The notes beneath the pieces were generated by a model. It saw only the letters and a program-made list of their open reading frames with translations. It was not told the DNA's origin and did not search any database. From a virus (taxonomy: Duplodnaviria > Caudoviricetes), in IMG/VR virus record IMGVR_UViG_3300023199_000106, positions 1-58,731 of that record: DNA of 58,731 nucleotides. One strand, given 5' to 3'. Below, piece after piece: positions 38,001 through 47,189 of this stretch. Numbering within the stretch: position 1 is the stretch's first letter; each line of letters begins with the position of its first letter. Position numbers and translations under genes: made by a program.

Positions 38001-41000
38001 CGCGCTGAAGGTGGTACCTCGCGTGCTGAGGCCGGCCTTGATGGGATTGCGCGGGCGTTCAGCGAAGCGATGGCGGCGATGATCGAGCGCGGCGTCAAAT
38101 TCCCCCCGACAATCCGAGGCGATACGATCGTGTTCCGTCGTGCAGGCGGCGAAGCGATCACGGCTGGTGAACTGATCGGGCAGACCGCACTATCGAAGAA
38201 AGCCGCTCGGATGATTCAGGACACGGACGTTGCCGGCCTGACGCGCAATCGCAACCGGCTCCAGGCGGCTCTGAAAGCCACTTGGATGATTCAGGACACG
38301 GACGTTGCCGGCCTGACGCGCAATCGCAACCGGCTCCAGGCGGCTCTGAAAGAAGCCAAGGGAAAAGAGCAACGCGCGGCGTTGATGCAGCGTATCAAGT
38401 CATTCAACGCACGGATCGAAAAAGCCAAAGGATTGAAAGAGCAACGCGCGGCGTTGATGCAGCGTATCAAGTCATTCAACGCACGGATCGAAAAAGCCGA
38501 AGCAGCTCAAGAAAAGCAGATCAAGCGTTTGCTCGATCAGGCGAAGGGGCTGGAGCGCGCAGTCAGTATTGTGGGCGCAGCGCCTTTCAAAAAGCGGTCA
38601 GATGCCTCGCTCAAAGAGCAGGCGGAGAGACGTCTTGCTGTCCTGAACAAAAAGCGCACCAGTCTTGCAGCCAAAGGTGAGCAGGCAGGCCTCATCAAAA
38701 ACAAAAAAAAGAGGGAAGCAGCGTTCGACGCACTGACAGTTGAGTGGTCAGACTGGCGCGCGGAGCAAGCGGCTTGGGTGGCGATCCGCGACATGCTCGA
38801 CACGTTGACCCCGAAGCAGACTGATGCACGGCTGACTCGCGCCCGGAAGCGCCTGGCTCGCGCTAAGGTAGCGTTGATGGAAGAGCGTTTGGACCGAGCG
38901 TACATAGCGCTGGGATTACGCGAAGGCGCGCAGACCAACTCGCGCGTCGAGACCATGAAAGAATTTATTCGCAACGAAATCAATGGTGTCAATGAAGCAG
39001 CGTTCAGAGACCCTGATCAGGGGTACGTAATTTTCGGCGAGAAGGTCCAGCTCGATGAAGGCCACGACATCCGTGTCAAAGAGCTACGCCGCGAGTTAAA
39101 GATGCTTAAAAAGATAGAGGAGCCATCACAAGAGCAGATTGAGTATATCCAGCTGCTGCAGGAGGCGTTACCTGACGATTTCTCTGTCCTGCTAGGCCCC
39201 ACAATATTTGCTATCAAACAACAGCTGGAAGCGCTTAAGAATCGTAAGCCGCTCGCTACTCTTGCTAGTCAGACTGAGCTAGGACGCATAGAAGTCGTAG
39301 CTCGGTATTCTCCGGAAACTCTTCGATCTAACCCAGAAAAAGTTTATGTATTTGGAGATAACCTTGTTAAGAAGGGTAAAGGCGGTCAAGCAATAATTCG
39401 AGACGAACCAAATGCATTTGGTATCCCAACTAAGCGGCTACCGTCAATGTCTGCGCAGGCTTTTTTTGGTAAAAATATCACAGAAGAAAAAGCCGCTATT
39501 ACGGCGGCAATAGATGAGTTAATAGCTCTTCGGCGGCAAGGCAAAACCATAGTTTTCCCTCGCGATGGACTTGGTAGTGGGCGCGCGCGCATAATACAAA
39601 AATCACCAGAAGTTGCTGCCCATTTATCTTCTGAACTTAAGCGTTTTCGTAGTTTAGAACAAACTGAGCAGAAACAGCCCGCTCAGCCCGCTCAGCCCGC
39701 TCAGCTCGCTCAGCCCGCTGCAACCCCAGAAGTCAAAAAGTCCGCTCAGGCAGTCGAGCAACAGCTAAAAATTCCTGAGTCTGGAAAAGGAAGTTTAGCA
39801 AACCCTCACGTTGTTCCGATGAACTTCGAAATCAGCCGTCCTGAGCTACGAGACAAGTACAAAGGGTCGGACGGAATTGCAAAGTTGATTCGTAATAAAG
39901 CTTGGCTTGCAACTTTTAGGCGTCCATTAGTAGGAGTTAAGCAAGGGCATATTTTCAGTATTCCCTTATTTCTCGGTAAATACCAAGTAATAGGGTTTGT
40001 AAAAACTGACTTGAAAAGCGGAGGTTGGAGCATAGAAGCAGAAAGTACTTTTAGTAGTCAAGTACAGCACGGGGAAACTCAGATGTTGTTTTTTCGCGTT
40101 GATGAAGCTCAGCCCGCTCAGCCCGCTCAGTCTGCTCAGCTCGCTCAGCCCGCTGCAACCCCAGAAGTCAAAAAGTCCGCTCCCGCCGCCGCCAAGCGTC
40201 AAGTTGTAGAAGATGCCATCGTGCGGGCGACAACCCAGGTCAATACGGCCCAACGCGAAAATGAAGCGCGGTACGCCAGCCGGATCATCAAGGGATTGAA
40301 GCTGGCACAAACGACGCTCGGCAGCGTAATCTCAACAGCTGAAGCGGGCAAGCGGGTCAAGGGGAAGAACATCGACCTGAACAACCACGACGGTCTGGTC
40401 TTCCAGCGCATCAACCGGGAGACCGGTGAAATTACGATCGATATATGGGTCAACGAAACAATCACCGACCCGGCTGAGCGCCTGGGTGTGATTCACCATG
40501 AGATGGGGGAAGCAATCGTGACCAGCCTGGCGTACAAGATTGACGTAGGCGACGCTGTAGCAATCATCGCTGCGTACAACAAGTGGCGTGCGCAGGCAGA
40601 ACGAGGCTCCCAGGGTGCAGTAATCAAATCGAAGCGTAGTCTGCTGAACATGCTGCGGGTGCGGCGTAATGACCCGACGATGATAGAACAGCTGACCCAA
40701 GCGGAGCGCGATAACCTGCTCGATTTCCAGGAATGGTTTGCTGACAACGTGGGGCGCTGGCTCGAAACCAACGCTCGGCCTCGAGGCGTCATTGAGAAGT
40801 TCTTCGCCAGCGTTGCGGCTAAGCTCAAGCAGCTCATGGGGCTAAATCGGAAAGAAGGGCTACCGGAAACAACGGTAGCCAGTATGCTGAACCGGATGTG
40901 GGACAGCAAAGCGCCGAACGGGCATATCCGCAAGTTCAATCTTTGGCAGCAGCTGACGAAGCACGAGGCGCTCAGCCGAGTTTCGAAGATCGAAGACATC

Positions 41001-44000
41001 GTCGAAGAGATCCGCAGCCAGTATAAAGGCCCGATCGACCCGAAGCGCGCGCTGACTGGGTCAGTCGTAGCCGCGACGCAGCCGCACTCGATCGAGGCGT
41101 TCTGGGGCATCCGTGATTACATCGTAGCGAAGATGTCGTCAGAAGAACGGCGTGCTCTCAGCCGCGTGTTCATTCGACCGAGCGTTCAGCGCTCGCTGAA
41201 AGCCACCTACCAGCGCTCAGCCAAGGCTGGGCAGATCATTCCGTCTGACCCGCTTTCTCAGCTGGCTGTTGGCTACATGCTCTACACCGCTGGAAAGCTC
41301 GATCTTCAGCCAAACTCAGCCAAACCTTTCCGGGCGATGAGCCAATGGCTGCACAAAGTAGCCGGCATGGTCCAAGCGCACGACCAAGCGTATCAAGTGC
41401 TCTCGGCCATCCAGGCTGACGTGTTCAGCGCTCGGGAAACCACGTTGTTCGCTGAAGCGCCAAGCGGCAGCGGGCTCAACCGGGGTGCGTACGTCCTGGA
41501 GTCGGCCCAGCTGCGGCAGCTGGCACAGTGGGAGAAGCTGTTCAACATTACCGAGCAGCTGTCCAATGGAGCCAAAGGTGTCAACGAGCTGATCGAGACT
41601 CTGGTCGACCGAGCCGACCCAAGTGTGTTCCCCAAACATCTGCATGCCAATCTGATAGCCGACATGAGCGGGGGGGTGTTCACTGAAGAGTTCCTGGCTC
41701 AGTTCAAAGACCAGAGCGATTTTGTGCTGAATCCAGACAAGACGTTCGAGATCCAGAAAATCATCGGCACTGAGCCGTTGCAGCACAGTGCACAGGCCGT
41801 CTACAACCTGCTCAGTGGCAGCAAGGACTTTTTGCGCAACAGCCTGCTGGGTAAAGCCGCGTTGGGTGAAGCGTACCGCGGCCGCTTGATGGAGAACCTG
41901 GGGTTCCTGGGGCTGCAGGAGGCGTTGTTCACCGACGTTCTGCAGGAAGGTCCAGGCGAAGGGTTCATCAACCGAAAAGACTGGATGAGCGGCGCGTTTC
42001 AGACAGAGTGGGAGAGCATTTGGTCCGGGCTGACCGTCGATGAACAAAAGAATTTTCGTGAGGCGTTCTACCGCCACGAAAAACCGTCGACCCCTGCCGT
42101 GCAGGCTGCGCTGCAGCGCACGAATCGATTCATGCGGAAGCTGCACAAGTACGCGCAGGAAGTGGGTTTGCTCAAAGGCAGCCGGTTCGATGGGAATTAC
42201 CGCCCCTGGGCGTTTGACGCCAGGAAAGTGGACCTCCATTCTTCGAGGCTGCTGGAAGCCTGGACGCATCAGCGCTACCGCAAGCAGTGGTTCAAACTGT
42301 TGAAAAAACACTACCCAGACCAATATGCAATCCAGGAGGACTTTACTTCTGACGCTGATTATCAGTCCTACGTGCGGGCCTGGATCGCTAGCATCGCATT
42401 CGAAAACGGGTTTGCTGACAACCATAGACCGAACCCGGACGAAGTGCGGACCCAGCCGATTGCCCAGGCGCTCAACCGGCGCGAACTGGCTTTTCTGGAT
42501 GATCCGAAACTGGCACCGGAAGCTGATCGACAGCTGCTGGCCGGCCTGTTTGATGACTCGATCAACACGACCATGGCGAAATACATTAGCCAGATGGTCA
42601 AAAAAGTCGAGTACGTTCGAAAGTTCGGAGCGCATGATGAAAAACTGAATCGTCTCTACGCTCAGGCTCGAGAACTTGGCGCGACAGACAAGGATGTTGA
42701 GCTGATGCAGAACATGGTGAAGTCAGCCACCGGTCGGCACGGGCTGGAGGTAGCGACGTTCTGGAAAAAGATCGCTGAGCCGATCAACAAGCTCTACAAG
42801 CCTGTGCGAGATACGGGTGGGCAGCCGTTCAAATCACGCGAAGACGCTATGCACGCGCTCAAGAGCATGACCGGCAGCGGAGAAGTTGTCTCTGTTGAAG
42901 GCGGTTTTGAAGTGCGTCGGAGCATAACCGCGGACCCACGCCGGTTCAGACAAAATATGAGTTGGGTAGTGGTGTATCAAAATTGGAGGTTATTGGCTAT
43001 GGCAGCCTTTACGAACGTGGCTGACCTGGCAGGCATTGCGTTTCGAACGGGCAACCTGTTTTTGGCGTTCGAGGCGTACCGGGAAGGCGTGGGGAGGGTA
43101 ATCAGAGATGTGAAGGGGGCCAAGCGCCCGGCGGATGTCAAGCGGGCCGAGATGGACAGCGTCGAGCGGCTGGCCCAAGAGCTGGGTGTCGTTGCGCACG
43201 CGAGCGTCTCAGATCACCTGGGGCTTCAGTATGGATCGGTGCACATGACTGGGAGGGCCAAGATATGGAACGACACCCTGTTCAAGCTGAATGGCATGGA
43301 GTACCTGACGCGGGCGATCCGGATAATGGCTGTGGCCGCAGGGCGCCGGTATCTGGCGATGCACGCTCAGCTGGCCAAGGATGGGGTGGAAGGCAGCATC
43401 GAGCTGCTGACGCAGCTGGGGCTGGACCCAGCGGACGTCAGGCTCGACGCTGATGGGGAGCTGACGTTGATGCCGATCGACCGGATCAACGAGGTGTTGG
43501 AGGGCTCAAAGTTCGCTACAGGCATCGGGGTCAACGAGGCGATCAATCGGGGGGAGAAAGTAGATGCGAAGGCCGCTGAAGTGGCCCGTGACGACCGGGT
43601 CAAGCGGGCGCTGAACCGTATGGTCGACGAGTCCGTGCTGCGGCCGGCCAGCTGGCAGCGGCCGACCTGGATGAACGACCCGAACTGGCAGATCTTTAGC
43701 CACCTGAAAGGCTTTATGTACACCTACCATGAACGGGTGTTGCGCCGGATCATTGGCCGGGGCATAGCCGGCAGCGTAGCCCCGCTAATCATGGCAGCAG
43801 GGTATGTTGCAGTCATGATTGCCGCGGACTGGCTGCGGGAAATCATCCAGCACGGGCCAGAAGGTGACGATCGAAAAGAGCGCTGGGGAGTCAAGGAGCG
43901 CGTCGCTGACGGCATCCACCGCTCAGGGCTGCTGGGGATGTACACTGTGATCCCTGACATGATGAAAACGCATGAGTTCGGCCGCAGCATGCTGGCGCAG

Positions 44001-44234
44001 ATGGGTGGGCCGGCGACAAGCCAGGTCGAGCAGCTGTATCGAGCGCTGCTCGGCCCTGGCGACGTCGGTATGGCGTTCAGGCGAGCGCTACCAGCGTCAC
44101 AGATAGTAGTGGACCCAATGGTCAGCTGGAGCAGTTGGGCAGTCAATCCAAAAGCCCTGGAGCCGGAGCGAAGAGGTCTTGGCGTGCCGCTGGTGCGCCC
44201 GGAAGTAGTCGAGGCGCTGAGCAGTGACGGCTGA
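35028..44234 (+). CDS. giant (3068 aa) polyvalent internal virion protein
   Basis: Gly/Ala-rich membrane-like segments; VFGDNL..GKGGQA..NAFGIPTK domain; HHEMGE + EWFAD zincin-like motif; helical C-terminus. Confidence 0.75.
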   Translation: MASDPYSQDIIDSLRSHGIDVPDPVQPLTHQQRVRLGELNHEASVLDNFHSVKEQERLERLQQDTRTIRRHISQSEEDQQALRRRLLDTAAQPEPDQPPTLLDTMRVSGDRDFRLEARVALEDTTTPAGRGLRAAGQSLAAAVPGTEALIRGTFGDERGAVLAADRALRRQERAAEIGPDTSMRGVLEGDDSLVEWAAGAISAQAPILATFIGSGFVGGLVSRGLQQGAAQALRAQAVRTGATLAGTERRVAAQLLQLNRAREAHAAARTRSTAGAVGGRTTQLRYDRQRLAMAQEVHDEARELLVRHALKRARNEQIGSAVAATSAGVPLYGAETSQFLIDPEADATIQQRAAAGIGAAFVASLASMAPTVAVLRNVDMGASAAFQIQRATQSALTRVGGAAGRQAVYEGSAEAVAEISKTAVHGLINDNIEVFSNDQIWQYMEAAVVGGMLGGGIGGATAARGSDFRELSSWMMRLRPAGPSESLVIQSRSEAERSRSARRAQPENDQARQLYDTLDDETRAQQSFEGPGGFLEEFKWDRAETTALGNLVDGMDALEAGTLLRILVDPTAAEAAATPLESGAELSSLGSAAYERLAAVVGEGNMAATLDAARDSLLAQEAFLLRMDNLAFDTKPLAPAEARQMSRRIQGRRERIKAIRVEMQSEGIESSPAFNREMAAEMLGDRFGQDRVSVAVDDEELVSAELTKEGIQRDAGDEEFIAGTQEADLVVSFPFGPDDRAAGPDAQPRSTEGKTNIGPVGRVWTRNSEAARKQAEKINQRSGMDLEAGPGPAQVVPVAEAMERAKMSSEDIIAVAREHWVEDTGRGSRFRKEQAKKAADVAKVQAEVEQVRQRLAELKAQAPSPIAQIQEERNNLIARLEVEVESADDRVAAARLEIAKAYLNQFETVISERLPDSVSGREQRRFSDREANALILYKMPLNLEGHTRGELAGSPVAINIVGATQAMYGRIDDRQASGRSKEERQRSGERERAEGGTSRAEAGLDGIARAFSEAMAAMIERGVKFPPTIRGDTIVFRRAGGEAITAGELIGQTALSKKAARMIQDTDVAGLTRNRNRLQAALKATWMIQDTDVAGLTRNRNRLQAALKEAKGKEQRAALMQRIKSFNARIEKAKGLKEQRAALMQRIKSFNARIEKAEAAQEKQIKRLLDQAKGLERAVSIVGAAPFKKRSDASLKEQAERRLAVLNKKRTSLAAKGEQAGLIKNKKKREAAFDALTVEWSDWRAEQAAWVAIRDMLDTLTPKQTDARLTRARKRLARAKVALMEERLDRAYIALGLREGAQTNSRVETMKEFIRNEINGVNEAAFRDPDQGYVIFGEKVQLDEGHDIRVKELRRELKMLKKIEEPSQEQIEYIQLLQEALPDDFSVLLGPTIFAIKQQLEALKNRKPLATLASQTELGRIEVVARYSPETLRSNPEKVYVFGDNLVKKGKGGQAIIRDEPNAFGIPTKRLPSMSAQAFFGKNITEEKAAITAAIDELIALRRQGKTIVFPRDGLGSGRARIIQKSPEVAAHLSSELKRFRSLEQTEQKQPAQPAQPAQLAQPAATPEVKKSAQAVEQQLKIPESGKGSLANPHVVPMNFEISRPELRDKYKGSDGIAKLIRNKAWLATFRRPLVGVKQGHIFSIPLFLGKYQVIGFVKTDLKSGGWSIEAESTFSSQVQHGETQMLFFRVDEAQPAQPAQSAQLAQPAATPEVKKSAPAAAKRQVVEDAIVRATTQVNTAQRENEARYASRIIKGLKLAQTTLGSVISTAEAGKRVKGKNIDLNNHDGLVFQRINRETGEITIDIWVNETITDPAERLGVIHHEMGEAIVTSLAYKIDVGDAVAIIAAYNKWRAQAERGSQGAVIKSKRSLLNMLRVRRNDPTMIEQLTQAERDNLLDFQEWFADNVGRWLETNARPRGVIEKFFASVAAKLKQLMGLNRKEGLPETTVASMLNRMWDSKAPNGHIRKFNLWQQLTKHEALSRVSKIEDIVEEIRSQYKGPIDPKRALTGSVVAATQPHSIEAFWGIRDYIVAKMSSEERRALSRVFIRPSVQRSLKATYQRSAKAGQIIPSDPLSQLAVGYMLYTAGKLDLQPNSAKPFRAMSQWLHKVAGMVQAHDQAYQVLSAIQADVFSARETTLFAEAPSGSGLNRGAYVLESAQLRQLAQWEKLFNITEQLSNGAKGVNELIETLVDRADPSVFPKHLHANLIADMSGGVFTEEFLAQFKDQSDFVLNPDKTFEIQKIIGTEPLQHSAQAVYNLLSGSKDFLRNSLLGKAALGEAYRGRLMENLGFLGLQEALFTDVLQEGPGEGFINRKDWMSGAFQTEWESIWSGLTVDEQKNFREAFYRHEKPSTPAVQAALQRTNRFMRKLHKYAQEVGLLKGSRFDGNYRPWAFDARKVDLHSSRLLEAWTHQRYRKQWFKLLKKHYPDQYAIQEDFTSDADYQSYVRAWIASIAFENGFADNHRPNPDEVRTQPIAQALNRRELAFLDDPKLAPEADRQLLAGLFDDSINTTMAKYISQMVKKVEYVRKFGAHDEKLNRLYAQARELGATDKDVELMQNMVKSATGRHGLEVATFWKKIAEPINKLYKPVRDTGGQPFKSREDAMHALKSMTGSGEVVSVEGGFEVRRSITADPRRFRQNMSWVVVYQNWRLLAMAAFTNVADLAGIAFRTGNLFLAFEAYREGVGRVIRDVKGAKRPADVKRAEMDSVERLAQELGVVAHASVSDHLGLQYGSVHMTGRAKIWNDTLFKLNGMEYLTRAIRIMAVAAGRRYLAMHAQLAKDGVEGSIELLTQLGLDPADVRLDADGELTLMPIDRINEVLEGSKFATGIGVNEAINRGEKVDAKAAEVARDDRVKRALNRMVDESVLRPASWQRPTWMNDPNWQIFSHLKGFMYTYHERVLRRIIGRGIAGSVAPLIMAAGYVAVMIAADWLREIIQHGPEGDDRKERWGVKERVADGIHRSGLLGMYTVIPDMMKTHEFGRSMLAQMGGPATSQVEQLYRALLGPGDVGMAFRRALPASQIVVDPMVSWSSWAVNPKALEPERRGLGVPLVRPEVVEALSSDG

Positions 44235-44235
44235 T

Positions 44236-44493
44236 TTAGTCTTCGTCGTTTGCCAAGTCGACAAGGTGCTGCTCACCATCGGCGTCGGTCACAAACAGGC
44301 ACGGCCGCAGCGCGTAGGGGTCGGTCCAAATGCTCTCAGCGATCAGTGCTGCATCTAGTGGGGTTGGAGCGCTAAGTTCGATTCGCCACTCCACGATATA
44401 CTCCTGCTCTTCGTCAAGCTGACGCTGGCGGTCTTCTTCGTAAAGGCGGTCAGCAGCGTCGCCAAAATCTTCGTCTGGGTATTGTTGGCTCAT
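44236..44493 (-). CDS. acidic hypothetical protein
   Basis: AGGAG RBS, start MSQQY. Confidence 0.7.
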   Translation of the reverse strand: MSQQYPDEDFGDAADRLYEEDRQRQLDEEQEYIVEWRIELSAPTPLDAALIAESIWTDPYALRPCLFVTDADGEQHLVDLANDED

Positions 44494-44538
44494 TGGTGTT
44501 AATCTCCTATAGGGTTTCAAGGTCAATCATTACGTGAG

Positions 44539-44829
44539 TCATTGCGCTTCTACCTCAATGATGTTGTGCGGCGCAGCCAGCACCATCAAGGTGCCGTTAC
44601 TGTCTGTGAGTTTGATAAAGCTGGCAGGGCCAACAATAGGTAAGTCGTCAACACCAGATACTAGTTTGATGTCGTTTTCGATGCACCACTTGGCAAATTC
44701 ACCAAATTTCATCGCTGCTTTTTTAGCTTTGCGGTGTACAGCAGGGTTGTCCTTCCCGATGTTGAGTATTATGCTGAAATTGGCAGCGTCGCCAGCTTCT
44801 TTAACGAGGCGGTACAGTTCTTCGCTCAT
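44539..44829 (-). CDS. hypothetical protein
   Basis: AAAGGA RBS, 96 aa. Confidence 0.7.
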   Translation of the reverse strand: MSEELYRLVKEAGDAANFSIILNIGKDNPAVHRKAKKAAMKFGEFAKWCIENDIKLVSGVDDLPIVGPASFIKLTDSNGTLMVLAAPHNIIEVEAQ

Positions 44830-45043
44830 AAAAGTCGATTCCTTTGAATGTTTTCAGGTAAACCAGTTTCCCTTGCGCAACGTCCACTCGGACCATACCA
44901 ATCAGTGCCCAGGGTATGTCTGCAATGCGGACCATCTTAAGGGGGCCTACGGTTTTTGTATGCAGCCCTTTCTCTCCATTGGTCATTCTGGTCACGATTT
45001 CTTGAAGTCTTGCCTTCTCCGTAGCGTCCAGGATAACGGCCAT
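44801..45043 (-). CDS. hypothetical protein
   Basis: 80-aa ORF in the leftward operon. Confidence 0.55.
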   Translation of the reverse strand: MAVILDATEKARLQEIVTRMTNGEKGLHTKTVGPLKMVRIADIPWALIGMVRVDVAQGKLVYLKTFKGIDFYERRTVPPR

Positions 45044-45126
45044 AACGGCTTATCCGAACAAAGCGACGAAGGAAGAGATCAATGAAATACAGTCCAGTAT
45101 AAATGTGATCCAGCACATGATGTAAG

Positions 45127-45555
45127 TCATATAGTTTTCTCCGATTCATTTTTTAACCATTGATCTAAGAGGACAATCAATCGGGAGTAGCATACGACGA
45201 ACACGCCCCCAATATATTTGTCCCTGTCGTTGATGGAGAGGAAAGCATAAGCATTATGGGTGTTGAACCCGCACAAGATAGCAACGCGGTGCTTGGTGTC
45301 AGCACGGGCAAATAGCCATTCTTTCTGCATATCAGAGCATTTATCAATCAGCTGCTTAGGATTCACTATTTCGCTGTGCTTCGCTCGCTTATCCCAGTGT
45401 TTTGCTTCGATAAAGCCGCACAAGCCTGGCTTGCGAAATATGTCCCAGTCAGGACGGCCGCTACGGTAGAGGTTATGAGTCTTTTCGATATGCCATCTCA
45501 GATCCCGCTCTAATTTTGGTTTGAGCCGGTTGAGCATACGATTTTCAGGCCCCAT
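45127..45555 (-). CDS. PD-(D/E)XK nuclease, VRR-NUC/Holliday junction resolvase-like
   Basis: GRPDW...GFIEAK...QKEWL; AGGAG RBS. Confidence 0.7.
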   Translation of the reverse strand: MGPENRMLNRLKPKLERDLRWHIEKTHNLYRSGRPDWDIFRKPGLCGFIEAKHWDKRAKHSEIVNPKQLIDKCSDMQKEWLFARADTKHRVAILCGFNTHNAYAFLSINDRDKYIGGVFVVCYSRLIVLLDQWLKNESEKTI

Positions 45556-45583
45556 CCTTGTCTCCTGTTACTGCCTCGATAAG

Positions 45584-45615
45584 ACAAGCCCGGCGCATTA
45601 GTGTGCCGGGCTTGT
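45584..45615 (-). terminator. terminator-like hairpin
   Basis: 14-bp imperfect stem ACAAGCCCGGCGCA/TGTGCCGGGCTTGT after stop 45634; weak U-tract. Confidence 0.5.
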
Positions 45616-45633
45616 GAAGGGCACTGAGACAAC

Positions 45634-46206
45634 TCAGCCTTCCAGTTTCGCCAGATGAGCTTCCAGTTTTTCGACAAGCACTTTCTGCTGTTCTGTGGCC
45701 TTCTGGGTACGACTAGCGAAGCGCTCCAGCTGCGTCGACAGCTTTTTGGCTGAACGGATCTCAGCCTTCAGACGGTCGATCTCGGCACTGTTGTCGGCTT
45801 CTGTAGCCAAGTCTTGCAGTTCAGCGTTCAGCTCGGCCAGGACGCCGTCACCAGCCGGCTTTGCTTTCTGAGGACCACGCTTGGAGCCAGGCTTCGGACC
45901 ACGACGCTTGGGTGTTGGGACTTCAGCCTCTTCGATCTTTTCCGGTTCAGGTGCCGGAGCAGCCCGCTTGGCAGTGGCTTTCTTCTTTTTTCGCCGAGTC
46001 GGTGCCGGCGATTCTTCTTCCGGCTCGAATGCCGGAGCAGCCCGCTTAGCAGCGACCTTCTTCTTGGCTTTCTTTTTGGTCCGTTTAGGAGTTAAGGTAG
46101 CTTCGATATCTTCGATATCTTCGACATCTTCGACATCTTCGACATCTTCGACATCTACGTTGCTCAGGCTATTTAGAAAATCGTCAAACTCGTTTTCATA
46201 GTTCAT
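45634..46206 (-). CDS. acidic/basic low-complexity protein, histone H1-like, with coiled coil
   Basis: start MNYENEF (AAGGA RBS); (DVE)n, K/A/P-rich repeats, KRRGPKPGSK. Confidence 0.75.
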   Translation of the reverse strand: MNYENEFDDFLNSLSNVDVEDVEDVEDVEDIEDIEATLTPKRTKKKAKKKVAAKRAAPAFEPEEESPAPTRRKKKKATAKRAAPAPEPEKIEEAEVPTPKRRGPKPGSKRGPQKAKPAGDGVLAELNAELQDLATEADNSAEIDRLKAEIRSAKKLSTQLERFASRTQKATEQQKVLVEKLEAHLAKLEG

Positions 46207-46471
46207 GCTGCTGTTCCTTCTGTGGGTTGTGGGTATTCTGCAATTTGTGCAGGTGAGCACTTACGCGTTGAGCCGTAATTTGGCGTAAGCGTTTTTCAAT
46301 GCGGCTGAGAAACGACTCTCGCCGCTTGCCAGCCAGCTCAGCACGGTAGGCGCTGTACAATTCAGTGGATGTCATGGAAGTTATGCTGTTGTTCAGTTCT
46401 CGGAAAGTTGACAAGGCTCGAACAGTGCGAGCCTTATCAAATTTTCCGTGAACAAAAAACTCAGGACTCAT
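46196..46471 (-). CDS. hypothetical protein
   Basis: 91-aa ORF overlapping both neighbours. Confidence 0.65.
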   Translation of the reverse strand: MSPEFFVHGKFDKARTVRALSTFRELNNSITSMTSTELYSAYRAELAGKRRESFLSRIEKRLRQITAQRVSAHLHKLQNTHNPQKEQQHEL

Positions 46472-47177
46472 CGGAACTGAAACTTGGCTCGCGAAGAATA
46501 GCTTCGGTGGCTTTGGGCATCTGAGACAAAAAAGCTGCCATGTAACTGTTGCCGTCTTCGTCCTCTTCCTGATAGTCCGAAGTCATCGCTTTGTGAGCCG
46601 AAAACTTAAACTTGATGTGGTCAACCGACATATCAAGTTCCACAACCGTGACAACCTGAGCTTCTGCAACGCCAGCCTCCATCAGCTTCTTGTTGTACAT
46701 ACCCCAGTTCTTCAAGCTGGCAGGCGGAACCGCCAAGAAGTAAATCGTGTCGTCTTCCACCTCATCATCATAGCGCATGAATGCCAAGTTGACCGTGTTT
46801 TTGCACGCCTTCCGATTACCATTACCAGAACCGAATTGATTCATAGGACAAGTGGCGCAAATGTCATTCTGACGTTTAGGACTGGCAGCAGCGGGGACAA
46901 GTGTGGCTGGGTTTTGACCCACAGCGACGCAAACTGGTGAATCCGTATCACCAGGGTTGTAGGCACCTTCCCAGTAGGCATAATGGTATCCCCAGTCTAA
47001 AACGACCATTGACAAACTGCCTTTGACCGAACTACCATCAGGGAAGAAAAATTGTTTATTTTTGACTTTGACGAACGGCATGGATTCGCCGCTTCCCAAG
47101 CCTGCTAAGCGTGCTGCCATGGTTTCTTGACGAGCAGCTAATTGTTGCTGGATGGATTTAGATAGTGCTGTGCTCAT
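46461..47177 (-). CDS. SSB/recombination-like protein with Cys cluster
   Basis: CATCPMNQFGSG..KACKN motif; acidic tail; AAGGAG RBS; replication module. Confidence 0.6.
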   Translation of the reverse strand: MSTALSKSIQQQLAARQETMAARLAGLGSGESMPFVKVKNKQFFFPDGSSVKGSLSMVVLDWGYHYAYWEGAYNPGDTDSPVCVAVGQNPATLVPAAASPKRQNDICATCPMNQFGSGNGNRKACKNTVNLAFMRYDDEVEDDTIYFLAVPPASLKNWGMYNKKLMEAGVAEAQVVTVVELDMSVDHIKFKFSAHKAMTSDYQEEDEDGNSYMAAFLSQMPKATEAILREPSFSSDES

Positions 47178-47189
47178 TCTGTGCTCCTT

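Noticed and set aside
41316-42635. 439-aa antisense ORF and other ORFs inside the giant gene
   Set aside because: Expected from GC-rich codon bias; no motifs
35028-44234. Call as N4-like virion RNA polymerase
   Set aside because: Size fits, but no T7-like motifs (DxxGR, RxxxKxxxxxxxYG) or DFDGD were seen; left as a structure-search question
46770-46785. Fourth copy of the CGCATGAAT motif
   Set aside because: Partial match inside a CDS, without the ACC prefix or the hairpin
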